Assembly: GCA_964459055.1 (NCBI GenBank)
Contig: CAYWMV010000003.1
Location: forward strand, 1 to 48,425
Source: an uncultured Ignavibacteriaceae bacterium
Lineage (GTDB): Bacteria > Bacteroidota > Ignavibacteria > Tepidaquicellales > Tepidaquicellaceae
Length of the DNA stretch: 48,425 nt
Direction of reading: 5' to 3'
Numbering within the stretch: the stretch's first letter is position 1; the number at the start of each line of letters is the position of its first letter. Made by a program: the position numbers and the translations under genes. This document shows, piece by piece, positions 28,048 through 37,425 of the stretch. The notes below the pieces were generated by a model that was not told the DNA's origin, searched no databases, and was given only the letters and a program-made list of their open reading frames with translations.

Positions 28048-28248
28048 TTACACTTTTGTTACATTCGCCGCTTGAGGGCCCTTTGGACCATCCTCAATTT
28101 CAAATTCAACTGTGTCGCCTTCATTCAAGGTTTTGTAACCCTTTGAGTTGATTGCTTTGTAATAAACAAACACATCAGGTTCATTTTCTCTTGAAATGAA
28201 ACCGAAACCTTTAGTAGCGTTGAACCATTTGACTGTTCCTTTTTCCAT
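28048..28248 (-). CDS. cold-shock protein (CspA family)
   Basis: 66 aa with the RNP motifs KGFGFI and DVFVYY. Confidence 0.95.
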   Translation of the reverse strand: MEKGTVKWFNATKGFGFISRENEPDVFVYYKAINSKGYKTLNEGDTVEFEIEDGPKGPQAANVTKV

Positions 28249-28441
28249 TAAGAAAATTTTTAATTAATAAAACATATTTCAAAAAGTTTCTGTAGTTTTG
28301 GCTATGTTGCTGCCTTTGAACTAATCAAAGATGATCCCTTAGACTGAAGAAACCCGTCTTGCAGGAAAGGTAAATCTTGAACAAATCAAAAAACAGAGAA
28401 CTTACAGCCACAAATATATGATATTATGTAATTAACTGCAA
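28249..28441 (-). promoter_or_regulatory. csp promoter (-33 TTG, 20-nt spacer, -7 TATATTTG) and ~150-nt 5' UTR
   Basis: The plus strand has caaatata at 28411-28418 and caa at 28439-28441. A long leader is typical of cspA-family genes. Confidence 0.6.
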
Positions 28442-28585
28442 TTCAATTATTAAAAATCTCAAAATTTAATGTTTTTTTTATATAGCCTGCTTTTCTGGTT
28501 TAAAAAATTTAATGTCTGTTTTTTGTTAATATGAAATATTTGCGGATTATTATTAATAGTATTGTATAAAAAATTAATTATCCCT

Positions 28586-28607
28586 ATTTTGTGCATATGC
28601 ACAAAAT
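28586..28607. promoter_or_regulatory. perfect 22-bp palindrome, candidate operator upstream of the DUF134 gene
   Basis: attttgtgcat|atgcacaaaat ends 9 nt before the ATG at 28617. Confidence 0.7.
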
Positions 28608-28616
28608 ATAACATTT

Positions 28617-28898
28617 ATGGGAAGATGGAAAAAACAACGTTGCTGCAGACTGCTGGAAGGAGAAAGGCTGTATAAACCTATTGCTGTTCCTATGAAACAT
28701 TTAGAAGTTATCGAACTTGAGCCGGACGAATTTGAGGCAGTAAGAATTTCCGATTATGAAAACAAAAGCCAGATTGAGGGGGCGGAAATAATGGGGATTT
28801 CGAGGGGAACTTATCAAAGAATTCTTGAAAACGGACGAAAAAAAATCTTTTCGTTTTTATTAAATAATAATTCATTAAAAATTAAAAACAGGAGTTAA
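28617..28898 (+). CDS. DUF134 (UPF0251) predicted DNA-binding protein
   Basis: 93 aa. GRWKKQRCCR...YKP N-terminus, then LEPDEFEAVRISDYENKSQIEGAEIMGISRGTYQRIL (sigma-70 region-4-like HTH). Confidence 0.82.
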   Translation: MGRWKKQRCCRLLEGERLYKPIAVPMKHLEVIELEPDEFEAVRISDYENKSQIEGAEIMGISRGTYQRILENGRKKIFSFLLNNNSLKIKNRS

Positions 28899-28900
28899 AA

Positions 28901-29290
28901 ATGAACATCGCAATTCCAACCTGCGGAAAAAACGGATTAAATGAGGAAGTTTACGGACATTTTGGCAGTGCACCTTATTTTACTATCTATAACACAGAAA
29001 CAAAAGAAATTTCCGTAATAGACAATAATAACGACCACAGCACACACGGGCAATGTACACCTGTTGAATATATTTCCGGGTACAGTGTAAAAGCCGTATT
29101 AACTTGCGGTATGGGAAGAAGAGCTGTTTCTCTTTTAAACGACAGTGGCATTAAAGTTTATTTGGTAAACGGGCTAACCGTTGCGGATGCAATTCAGCAT
29201 TACGAATCCGGACAATTAATTGAATTGTCAGAAGATGATGCCTGCGGCGGACATGAAGGAGGTCATCAGCATAACCACGGTCATAATTAA
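28901..29290 (+). CDS. NifB/NifX-family (dinitrogenase FeMo-cofactor-binding domain) protein with His-rich tail
   Basis: 129 aa. HFGSAPYFTIYN...AVLTCGMGRRAVSLLNDSGIKVY is the typical NifX/NifB-C fold pattern. The C-terminus is GGHEGGHQHNHGHN. It starts 2 nt after the DUF134 stop. Confidence 0.8.
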   Translation: MNIAIPTCGKNGLNEEVYGHFGSAPYFTIYNTETKEISVIDNNNDHSTHGQCTPVEYISGYSVKAVLTCGMGRRAVSLLNDSGIKVYLVNGLTVADAIQHYESGQLIELSEDDACGGHEGGHQHNHGHN

Positions 29291-29317
29291 TATAACTTAC
29301 GCTCATTTTTAATTGCT

Positions 29318-29356
29318 TCCCCCTTCCCAAAGTGAAAACTGAAGCGGGGATTTTAT
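29318..29356 (+). terminator. probable terminator after the NifX-like gene
   Basis: Stem tcccccttc/gaag(c)gggga with a 14-nt loop, followed by tttta. Confidence 0.5.
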
Positions 29357-29475
29357 ATTAGACATATTTACTTTTCGTAAAATCAATGGGTTAAATAAAA
29401 GTCTATTATGTTTTTTATTTAATGCACATTTTTTATAAACTTGATTAACTCGCTTAACTTTTAGATATTTGATAT

Positions 29476-30741
29476 ATGCCCGGTGTAAAAGCAATAAAAA
29501 GTTCAGATTATACATACAATCTTCCTCAGGAAAAAATAGCGTTGTATCCGCTTCAAAAAAGAGATGAATCAAAAATTCTGATTTACAAAAACGGAAATAT
29601 TTCATCAGATATTTTCAAGAATAGTTCGCAATATATACCCGAAAATTCAATTGTTATTCTTAATAATACAAAGGTTGTCAATGCACGGATTTATTTTAAA
29701 AAACCTACGGGTGCACGTATTGAAATATTTTGTCTCGAACCGGAGAAAGGTCTTTCAAACCTTGAAACCGCTTATACGGAAAAAGGGGGGTCCGTCTGGA
29801 AATGCCTTATAGGAAAAGCAGGGAAGTGGAAATCGGGAACACTTCTTCAAAAAATATCCGCAGAAGATAAAGAATACACGCTTGAAGCAAAAATAACCGG
29901 AAGAGGAAAAGATTTTTTTCTTATTGAGTTTGTATGGAAACCAAAAGAGTTGACTTTTGCAGAAATGCTTTACTTGTTCGGCGTTACTCCTTTGCCGCCT
30001 TATATTAAAAGAGAGGCGGAAAAGTCAGATGAAAATACCTATCAGACGGTATATGCGGAATATGAAGGCTCTGTTGCCGCTCCAACCTCCGGTTTTCATT
30101 TCATAAATGAAACATTAACATCTTTCAAAAACAAAAACATTGAATTACAATATCTGACTCTGCATATAGGTGCAGGGACGTTTAAACCTGTTACTTCAGA
30201 TACGATTGGCGATCATAATATGCATCCCGAAAAAATTATTATAAACAGAAAATTGATTGAGTCTCTTTACGGGAATTTAAAGAATGTAAACCGGGATGAA
30301 TATAGAACGGTTATTATGGGAGGCACTACCTCCGTACGTGCATTAGAATCTTTTTATTGGTACGCTCTGAATCTTATGAATAACTTCGAAGAAGACAGAT
30401 TAATTAGCGGATTTAATGTTTCACAATGGTTTCCTTATGAAAACCGGTATGAAAATAAAAACACACACGAACCTTTCGGGTTTGTTTTGGAAAAAATGTA
30501 CAAATATAATCTCCAAGAAATAACCGGCGAAACCTCGATGATAATCGTGCCCGGTTATAAATTCAAAATTGCAGACGCTCTTATTACTAATTTTCATTTA
30601 CCGGGGAGTACTTTACTCCTGCTTGTCGCCGCATTAACAGGTAATGACTGGAAGAATATTTACAATTATGCACTTGAAAACGAGTTTCGCTTTTTAAGTT
30701 ACGGGGACTCTTCGCTTCTATTTAAAAATACTGGTAGGTAG
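29476..30741 (+). CDS. queA: S-adenosylmethionine:tRNA ribosyltransferase-isomerase
   Basis: It has YNLPQEKIALYPLQKRDESKIL, PLPPYIKR, GTTSVRALES and ITNFHLPGSTLLLLVAAL. At 421 aa it is longer than the ~345 aa I expect; the extra residues lie mainly between the RALES and IIVPGYKF segments. Confidence 0.9.
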   Translation: MPGVKAIKSSDYTYNLPQEKIALYPLQKRDESKILIYKNGNISSDIFKNSSQYIPENSIVILNNTKVVNARIYFKKPTGARIEIFCLEPEKGLSNLETAYTEKGGSVWKCLIGKAGKWKSGTLLQKISAEDKEYTLEAKITGRGKDFFLIEFVWKPKELTFAEMLYLFGVTPLPPYIKREAEKSDENTYQTVYAEYEGSVAAPTSGFHFINETLTSFKNKNIELQYLTLHIGAGTFKPVTSDTIGDHNMHPEKIIINRKLIESLYGNLKNVNRDEYRTVIMGGTTSVRALESFYWYALNLMNNFEEDRLISGFNVSQWFPYENRYENKNTHEPFGFVLEKMYKYNLQEITGETSMIIVPGYKFKIADALITNFHLPGSTLLLLVAALTGNDWKNIYNYALENEFRFLSYGDSSLLFKNTGR

Positions 30742-30838
30742 AAAATTTCGTTGGTCGTTATTTTCAAAAATAAATTAATCTTTTAATTTAATTATAAATA
30801 ACATATTTTTAGATTTTTGAAATTACGGTCTTAAAAAT

Positions 30839-31354
30839 ATGGCAAAACCTTTACCTGAAGAATATCCGGAATTTTACTCTGTATATATAAATTTACTTGA
30901 GGACGACGATATTGTAAATATCTTAAGTCAGCAATCAAATGATTTACAGAACCTTCTCAAAAATATCTCCGACGAAGATGCCGGAAAAAGTTATGCTTTC
31001 GGAAAATGGACTCTAAAAGAGGTAATCGGACATTTACTGGATAACGAGCGCGTGTTTATTGCAAGGGCTCTGCGAATTGCAAGAAGAGATAAACAGCGTT
31101 TGCCCGGTTATGAGCCGGATGATTACGTAAAAAATGCAAAATATTTCGAGCGTTCTTTGAAAAGTCTGATGGAAGAATTGCTTCTGCTTCGTGCCGCCGA
31201 TTTATTACTAATAAGCAGTTTTGATGAAAGCGACTTAACCAGAAGGGGAATTGTTGATGATTATGAATTAACTGTAAATTCTACACTTTTTATTTTTGCC
31301 GGACATGAGAAACATCATATTAACTATATAAAGGAAAATTATCTGAAAATTTAG
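30839..31354 (+). CDS. DinB-family (DinB_2-like) metal-dependent four-helix-bundle protein
   Basis: WTLKEVIGHLLDNERVF ... AGHEKHHINYI gives the His triad spacing of the DinB superfamily. Confidence 0.7.
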   Translation: MAKPLPEEYPEFYSVYINLLEDDDIVNILSQQSNDLQNLLKNISDEDAGKSYAFGKWTLKEVIGHLLDNERVFIARALRIARRDKQRLPGYEPDDYVKNAKYFERSLKSLMEELLLLRAADLLLISSFDESDLTRRGIVDDYELTVNSTLFIFAGHEKHHINYIKENYLKI

Positions 31355-31430
31355 TGTTTTTATAGAAATTTTCTTCTCCCGCGTCCCGAAATGACTGTTG
31401 TTACCGGGATAAATTTTTCCGCAATCCCGT

Positions 31431-31970
31431 TTAAATACCAAGTACTTCCCGCCAGTTTGCCCAGTTCAATCTTTTCCTGTCTGTAATATACCTGTTATAA
31501 GGTTTGTCATAAAGAACATGTTCCCATACCGGGGTTGCTGCGCCTGTTATTTCGGGTTTATCGTCAATTAAAATATCACTTTGAATTAATGTCTTATCCC
31601 GTGTAAGTATCAGTTTTTCAACCCACTTAGAACCTAAATGTTTCTCAACCCATTCATATTTTTCTTTTACACAATTATGGTATTTCAATAAAGGACTTGT
31701 ACAGATGAAAACTTCATTACCTTTATCCCGCAATTCATTAATTGCTTTGATACTCCCTTTTATTACGGGCAGATTCCGAATAAACCCGGGGGATGTATTT
31801 ATTTCGCTTATTAACGGATAATAGTCCTTCGGCGATTCGTCTCTTATATAGAAACATTTCCTTGAGTCGGGAGGAGTAATTGGTTTTTCCGGATGTAAAA
31901 TACGCCAAATTTTATAGAATTCACTGTCAAAATCCGCAAGAACATCGTCCATATCAATAAGTATTATCAT
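31431..31970 (-). CDS. 5'(3')-deoxyribonucleotidase (HAD superfamily)
   Basis: It has the MIILIDMDDVLADFD nucleophile motif, and the length and layout of the NT5C family. Confidence 0.78.
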   Translation of the reverse strand: MIILIDMDDVLADFDSEFYKIWRILHPEKPITPPDSRKCFYIRDESPKDYYPLISEINTSPGFIRNLPVIKGSIKAINELRDKGNEVFICTSPLLKYHNCVKEKYEWVEKHLGSKWVEKLILTRDKTLIQSDILIDDKPEITGAATPVWEHVLYDKPYNRYITDRKRLNWANWREVLGI

Positions 31971-32120
31971 ATCTGTTTTAAATAAGTTATGGCAAGATAC
32001 TAATCAAAAAATAATAATTAAATAAAGAAAATTCTCCTTACCGTTACTCTCAATTTGTCTTTTATTTCAAATTTATATTTAATAACTTGAATAAAATTCT
32101 TACCAAAAATTATTTTTATT

Positions 32121-32474
32121 ATGAGTACAAATACACCAACCTCAACCGGAAAAACCCGTAAAATTAAAGGAAAGACTGTAATTGATATCGAAAAATGCAA
32201 AGGCTGCGAATTGTGTACGACAGCTTGTAATGAACACGCAATTCATATGTCCAAGAATATTAATAATATGGGATATCATTATGCTGTAGTTGTGAATGAT
32301 TTATGTACAGGTTGTACTAACTGTGCTGTTGTTTGTCCTGACGGTGTAATTAAGGTTTACCGGGAAGATAAGAAGAAAAAAAATCTTGTTGCTACTATAT
32401 CAAATGTTCAGTCATCAATGAAAATTAATATTGACGATGCTGAAAAGCAGCATCCCAAGATGGATTATCTATGA
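32121..32474 (+). CDS. 2-oxoacid:ferredoxin oxidoreductase delta subunit (2x[4Fe-4S] ferredoxin)
   Basis: It has CKGCELCTTAC and CTGCTNCAVVCP, and it is the first gene of the four-subunit cluster. Confidence 0.8.
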   Translation: MSTNTPTSTGKTRKIKGKTVIDIEKCKGCELCTTACNEHAIHMSKNINNMGYHYAVVVNDLCTGCTNCAVVCPDGVIKVYREDKKKKNLVATISNVQSSMKINIDDAEKQHPKMDYL

Positions 32475-32569
32475 AAATTAAAAACACGAATTAATTCTCA
32501 AAAATTTTTTAAGGAATATAATTAATCAGTAAGTAATATTGATTTTTATAAATTTTAAATTTATAGTTT

Positions 32570-33637
32570 ATGGAAGAAGTTGATATCAGATTAATGAAGG
32601 GAAATGAGGCGATGGCAGAGGCAGCTATTCAAGCCGGTTGTGATGCTTATTTCGGATATCCCATAACCCCGCAGTCGGAAGTTCCCGAGTATTTATCAAG
32701 GGAAATGCCCAAAAGAACAGGTGTTTTTCTGCAGGCGGAAAGTGAGGTTGCGTCAATAAATATGGTTTATGGTGCAGCCGGTGCCGGTGCAAGGGTTATG
32801 ACTTCGTCTTCATCTCCTGGAATTAGTCTTATGCAGGAAGGTATTTCTTATATTGCCTGTGCGGAATTACCCTGCCTTATTGTAAATGTTAACAGAGGTG
32901 GTCCTGGTTTAGGCACAATTCAACCGTCACAGGGTGATTATTTTCAGTCCACAAAGGGAGGCGGACACGGCGATTATAGATTGATTGTACTGGCTCCCGC
33001 TTCGGTTCAGGAAATGGCAGATTTTGTTTTTCTCGGATTTGAATTAGCCGATAAGTACCGCAATCCCGTTCTGATGCTCACCGACGGCGCAATCGGACAG
33101 ATGATGGAAAAAGTTGTGTTTAAAAATCTTGAAATTAAGAAAATTGATAAACCGTGGTCAACACAGGGCAAAACCCCTGACCGAGAAAGAAATATTATTA
33201 CTTCGCTTTTTATTAAACCGGAGGTGATGGAAAAGGTTAACCTGCGTCTGAACAAAAAATATGATGAAATCAGGAAAAATGAAGTCCGTTATGAGGAAAT
33301 TATGACCGATGATGCCGATTTTTTGATTGTAGCATACGGTTTGTCGTCAAGAATCAGCCATAAAACAATTCAACTGGCAAGGGCAAAAGGTTTAAAATGG
33401 GGATTATTAAGACCTATAACTCTTTTCCCGTTTCCTTATGACAGAATCAACGAACTGGCAAATAAATTAAAGGGCGCCGCAACTGTTGAACTGAATGCGG
33501 GTCAAATGATTGAAGATGTAAAACTTGCTGTCAACGGCAAGATTGAAGTTGGTCATTATGGACGTATGGGCGGAATTATTCCGAGTCCGGAAGAAGTCGA
33601 ACAGAATCTTGAAAAGATATTTAAAGCAATGAAATAA
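32570..33637 (+). CDS. 2-oxoacid:ferredoxin oxidoreductase alpha subunit
   Basis: 355 aa with MKGNEAMAEAAIQAGCDAYFGYPITPQSE, typical of KorA/VorB/PorA. Substrate specificity cannot be read from the sequence. Confidence 0.88.
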   Translation: MEEVDIRLMKGNEAMAEAAIQAGCDAYFGYPITPQSEVPEYLSREMPKRTGVFLQAESEVASINMVYGAAGAGARVMTSSSSPGISLMQEGISYIACAELPCLIVNVNRGGPGLGTIQPSQGDYFQSTKGGGHGDYRLIVLAPASVQEMADFVFLGFELADKYRNPVLMLTDGAIGQMMEKVVFKNLEIKKIDKPWSTQGKTPDRERNIITSLFIKPEVMEKVNLRLNKKYDEIRKNEVRYEEIMTDDADFLIVAYGLSSRISHKTIQLARAKGLKWGLLRPITLFPFPYDRINELANKLKGAATVELNAGQMIEDVKLAVNGKIEVGHYGRMGGIIPSPEEVEQNLEKIFKAMK

Positions 33638-33723
33638 TATAAATTTTCTGAAAGCAATAAGTTATTAACAGAATAAATGGTATTATAAAAAAAATTAATT
33701 AAGCATTTAAAAATTTCTTTAAT

Positions 33724-34554
33724 ATGGCAGAACAAAAAGATTTAACAGCAGAAAATCAGGAATGCCTCGAAGTAACAGACCTTGAGGGATATGAATTAGT
33801 GTATGAACGTCCCGCTACGTTAACGGAAACGAAATTACATTATTGTCCGGGTTGCGGTCACAGTACGGCACATAAACTCATAGCAGAGGTTATTGATGAA
33901 CTCGAAATTCAGGATAAAACGATTGGTGTAGCGCCGGTAGGGTGTTCGGTTTTTGCTTACGATTATCTCAATATTGACTGGCAGGAAGCCGCGCACGGTC
34001 GTGCAACAGCGGTAGCAACAGGCATAAAAAGATTTTTACCCGATAGGTACGTGTTTACCTATCAGGGTGACGGAGACCTTGCAGCAATCGGTACCGCCGA
34101 AACTATCCATTGTATTAACCGCGGAGAGAATATATTGATTGTATTCATAAACAACGGCGTTTACGGAATGACAAGCGGACAGATGGCTCCGACTACCCTG
34201 AAAGGTATGAAAACTACGACTTCTCCTTACGGACGCGATGTCGGGCACGTGGGGTATCCTATTAAAGTGTCGGAATTAATTGCTCCGCTTCCGGGTGCTT
34301 TTTATGTAACCCGTGTTGCGGTTCACACACCTGTCCTTGCAAGAAAAGCAAAAAAAGCTATTATGAACGGATTCAAGTATCAAAAACTCGGTAAGGGTAC
34401 GTCATTTGTAGAGGTTATATCAAATTGCCCTTCCAATTGGAAGATGACCCCTGTTCAGACTATGGACTTTATTAATGATGAGATGTTGAAGTATTATCCG
34501 CTCGGCGATGTAAAATTACCTCCAAAAGAGGCACTGGAAAATCTTGATAAATAA
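33724..34554 (+). CDS. 2-oxoacid:ferredoxin oxidoreductase beta subunit (TPP-binding)
   Basis: It has YCPGCGH and the GDGDLAAIG TPP motif. Confidence 0.9.
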   Translation: MAEQKDLTAENQECLEVTDLEGYELVYERPATLTETKLHYCPGCGHSTAHKLIAEVIDELEIQDKTIGVAPVGCSVFAYDYLNIDWQEAAHGRATAVATGIKRFLPDRYVFTYQGDGDLAAIGTAETIHCINRGENILIVFINNGVYGMTSGQMAPTTLKGMKTTTSPYGRDVGHVGYPIKVSELIAPLPGAFYVTRVAVHTPVLARKAKKAIMNGFKYQKLGKGTSFVEVISNCPSNWKMTPVQTMDFINDEMLKYYPLGDVKLPPKEALENLDK

Positions 34555-34624
34555 AAATAAAATGTGTTTATGAATAGCTGTATTTTATTATACAGCAATT
34601 TTTAAATTTGAAAATAAAAATATT

Positions 34625-35176
34625 ATGACAGAAGAAATTATTTTTGCGGGCTTCGGAGGACAGGGTGTACTTTCGATGGGTCAGACACTTGCATATTCCG
34701 CAATGGTAGAAGGAAAGAATGTATCCTGGATGCCGTCTTACGGTCCGGAAATGCGGGGCGGTACAGCAAATTGCATTACTATTGTTTCTGATGAGCAAAT
34801 CAGTTCCCCGATAGTGTCAAAGTTCGACACTGCCGTTATCCTGAATCAGCCTTCAATGGAAAAGTTTGAATCACAGGTACAGCAAAACGGTGTTATTATA
34901 TACGAGTCAACAAATATTCTTAAGGCATCAGAAAGGAAAGATATAGAAATTTACCCCATTCCTGCAGCAGAAGAAGCAAATAAATTAAATAATACCAAGA
35001 TTGCAAATATGGTACTGTTAGGTGCATACCTTGAAAGAAAACCGATTGTCGGCATTAATTCAATTATTGAGGCACTGAAAAAGGTATTGCCGGAGCGTTA
35101 TCATCATTTGCTTATGGTAAATCGTCAGGCACTTGAGGTGGGGGCGGCAATAATGAAAAAACTGACTGAAAAGTAA
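34625..35176 (+). CDS. 2-oxoacid:ferredoxin oxidoreductase gamma subunit
   Basis: FAGFGGQGVLSMGQTLA...SYGPEMRGG is the gamma-subunit signature. Confidence 0.88.
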   Translation: MTEEIIFAGFGGQGVLSMGQTLAYSAMVEGKNVSWMPSYGPEMRGGTANCITIVSDEQISSPIVSKFDTAVILNQPSMEKFESQVQQNGVIIYESTNILKASERKDIEIYPIPAAEEANKLNNTKIANMVLLGAYLERKPIVGINSIIEALKKVLPERYHHLLMVNRQALEVGAAIMKKLTEK

Positions 35177-35207
35177 ATTTTTTTATTAAAAGATTTATAC
35201 TAATTTT

Positions 35208-35243
35208 ATAACCGCTTCCGGAAACGGGGCGGTTATTTTTTTT
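35208..35243 (+). terminator. intrinsic terminator after the oxidoreductase gamma subunit
   Basis: Stem ataaccgc/gcggttat extended by an inner ccg-GAAA-cgg, followed by a T8 run. Confidence 0.78.
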
Positions 35244-35259
35244 AACACATTATACAATA

Positions 35260-35784
35260 ATGCTGAATAAAAACAGAGAAACAAAACCTTTTTCCTGGGA
35301 AGATCTCGGAAATGTTCAGTTGGGAAGACCAAATCTCGGCCATAATGTTTCGGTCAAAATATACAGGTTGTTTTTATATACAATAAAAGACACTCTTGTC
35401 AAAACGTTTGGAGTAGAGAAGACTACTGAACTGTTCAGGGCGGCAGGAAAACTTGCAGGAATACATTTCTGTAAAAAATATCTGAACAAAAATTCAGATA
35501 TGGATACTTTTATGTCGGACTTTCATAAAATTTTCATGGAACTAAAAATGGGTGATATAAGAATTGAAAGTGTTGATCTGGAAAATTTCGGTATTGTGCT
35601 TACTATTGCGGAAGATTTAGATTGTTCCGGACTACCTGTTTCGCACGAAGAAGTGTGTGATTACGAAGAAGGTTTTTTATCGGGTGTGTTTCAGGAGTAT
35701 CTGGATAAAGAGTTTGATGTAAAGGAGATTGATTGCTGGGCAAGCGGAGGAAGAGTATGCCGTTTTGAAATTAAATATAAATAG
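35260..35784 (+). CDS. stand-alone V4R (4-vinyl reductase) domain protein, putative small-molecule sensor
   Basis: 174 aa. The C-terminus DCSGLPVSHEEVCDYEEGFLSGVFQEYLDKEFDVKEIDCWASGGRVCRFEI fits the V4R pattern (C..G.L.G....V.E..C...G...C.F.I) with four Cys. Confidence 0.72.
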   Translation: MLNKNRETKPFSWEDLGNVQLGRPNLGHNVSVKIYRLFLYTIKDTLVKTFGVEKTTELFRAAGKLAGIHFCKKYLNKNSDMDTFMSDFHKIFMELKMGDIRIESVDLENFGIVLTIAEDLDCSGLPVSHEEVCDYEEGFLSGVFQEYLDKEFDVKEIDCWASGGRVCRFEIKYK

Positions 35785-35786
35785 GG

Positions 35787-37307
35787 ATGGATAAAAGAGA
35801 GTCTGTTTTACTCGGTAAAATAACAAAAACTCTGGAGGATTTACTCTCAGGCAGTCATCCTTCAAAAATACGGGATAAGGGTCCGGAAGAACTGGAGGAA
35901 TTGATTTTAATTATTAACGACCTGCTTGACTTTTCGGAACAGATTTCAAATTTTCTTTTCTCTTTGTCTAAAGGCAATCTGAATGAAAATGTACCGGTTA
36001 GAGAAAATATCCTTGCTTCCCCGTTTAAGGAACTGAATTCAAAATTACTGCAGATAACTTACCAGGCGCAGCAGGTGGCAAAGGGTGATTATTCACAGAG
36101 ATTGGATTTTATGGGAAACTTTTCCAAAGCGTTTAACGAAATGGTCGAATCCCTCGAAGAAAAAGAAAAATCCTTAAAGAAAAGCGAGGAAAAATCACGA
36201 CTAAATAAGCAGAGGTTGGAACTCGCTATACACGCTGCGAATCTTGCGTGGTGGGAGTGGGATGTAAAAAGCGATATATTAAATTATGATTTTCGTAGAA
36301 CGGATATGGTCGGTTATGGTTTCGATGAATATCCCAAATATGCAAAAGAGATACAGGCAACAATTCATCCCGAAGATAAAAAGGTTTTTCATGAAATTCT
36401 CGACACACATATGAAAGGAAAATCTCCCGATTTTGAACACGAATACAGAATAAAACACAAGGATGGAGGTTATATATGGGTTCGGGACAAGGGAAAAGTT
36501 ACCGAGTATGATGTGATAGGCGCGCCTTCAAAAGTATCCGGGCTGATTTACGATATTACTGAAATGAAAACTTCACAGTTAAAACTGCAGGAATCTGAAA
36601 AAGTATTACGTGATTCGAATACGGCAAAAGATAAATTGTTTTCCATTATTTCACACGACCTTCGGGGTCCGATAGGTTCAATATATCAGTTTTTAGATTA
36701 TATTTCCTCTAACCCAAACCAGTTCAATCAGGAAGAATTGCAGGAGGTTCTGATAAGTATGAAGAACTCCTCTAAAGTAACATACGAAATGCTCGATAAT
36801 TTGTTGCTCTGGGCGCGAAGCCAGGGGAGTAAAATTGAATACAGGGCTGACGCAGTAAATGCTTTTGAAGTGCTTGTCGATACTAAAACTGTCCTGAATT
36901 CTCTTGCAAAAAATAAGGGCTTGTCCGTAAAAATAAAGACGACTCCGGATGTATTTTTTTATGCCGATAAAGAATCTATAAAAACCGTTTTAAGAAATTT
37001 ACTTTCGAATGCAATTAAATTTTCAAATAATGGCAAAAGTGTTTTTCTTGAAGCCCGTAAATTACCTGCCGATAAGAAAGTTTTATTTGTAGTAAAGGAT
37101 AATGGTGTAGGAATACCCGAAACTGTGATTGAAAGATTATTCCGCGTAGATATAAAATCCTCAACTATAGGAACTGCGGGTGAGAAAGGAACCGGACTGG
37201 GGTTGTTGTTATGTAAAGAGTTTGTCGAAGCCAACGGCGGTGAAATCAGTGTTACAAGCAGGATTAATGAAGGTTCCGTGTTTTCTTTCACGGTTCCAAT
37301 GCCGTAA
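35787..37307 (+). CDS. cytoplasmic sensor histidine kinase (HAMP-like, coiled coil, PAS, HisKA, HATPase_c)
   Basis: 506 aa with no TM segment. It has HAMP-like GNFSKAFNEMVESL, PAS (WWEWDV...HPEDK...YRIKHKDGGYIWV), H-box FSIISHDLRGP, N-box LSNAIKFS, G1 DNGVGIP and G2 GTGLGL. It starts 2 nt after the V4R stop. Confidence 0.9.
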   Translation: MDKRESVLLGKITKTLEDLLSGSHPSKIRDKGPEELEELILIINDLLDFSEQISNFLFSLSKGNLNENVPVRENILASPFKELNSKLLQITYQAQQVAKGDYSQRLDFMGNFSKAFNEMVESLEEKEKSLKKSEEKSRLNKQRLELAIHAANLAWWEWDVKSDILNYDFRRTDMVGYGFDEYPKYAKEIQATIHPEDKKVFHEILDTHMKGKSPDFEHEYRIKHKDGGYIWVRDKGKVTEYDVIGAPSKVSGLIYDITEMKTSQLKLQESEKVLRDSNTAKDKLFSIISHDLRGPIGSIYQFLDYISSNPNQFNQEELQEVLISMKNSSKVTYEMLDNLLLWARSQGSKIEYRADAVNAFEVLVDTKTVLNSLAKNKGLSVKIKTTPDVFFYADKESIKTVLRNLLSNAIKFSNNGKSVFLEARKLPADKKVLFVVKDNGVGIPETVIERLFRVDIKSSTIGTAGEKGTGLGLLLCKEFVEANGGEISVTSRINEGSVFSFTVPMP

Positions 37308-37397
37308 ATTTTCGAAATATCTTTTGTTCTTCGGAAGGTTGTGACTTTTTTCAACGCCGTAAATTAATTTTTCATTTCATTAAGACGCAAATTCATT

Positions 37398-37405
37398 TAT
37401 CTTTG
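37398..37405 (+). promoter_or_regulatory. candidate -7 box TATCTTTG upstream of thyX
   Basis: It matches TAnnTTTG 20 nt before the ATG at 37426. There is no clear -33 element. Confidence 0.4.
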
Positions 37406-37425
37406 AAAAAATAAAAAATTTATTA

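Noticed and set aside
29309-29605. 98-aa minus-strand ORF between the NifX-like gene and queA
   Set aside because: It overlaps the queA start by 130 nt and spans the predicted terminator of the upstream operon. I recognise no motif.
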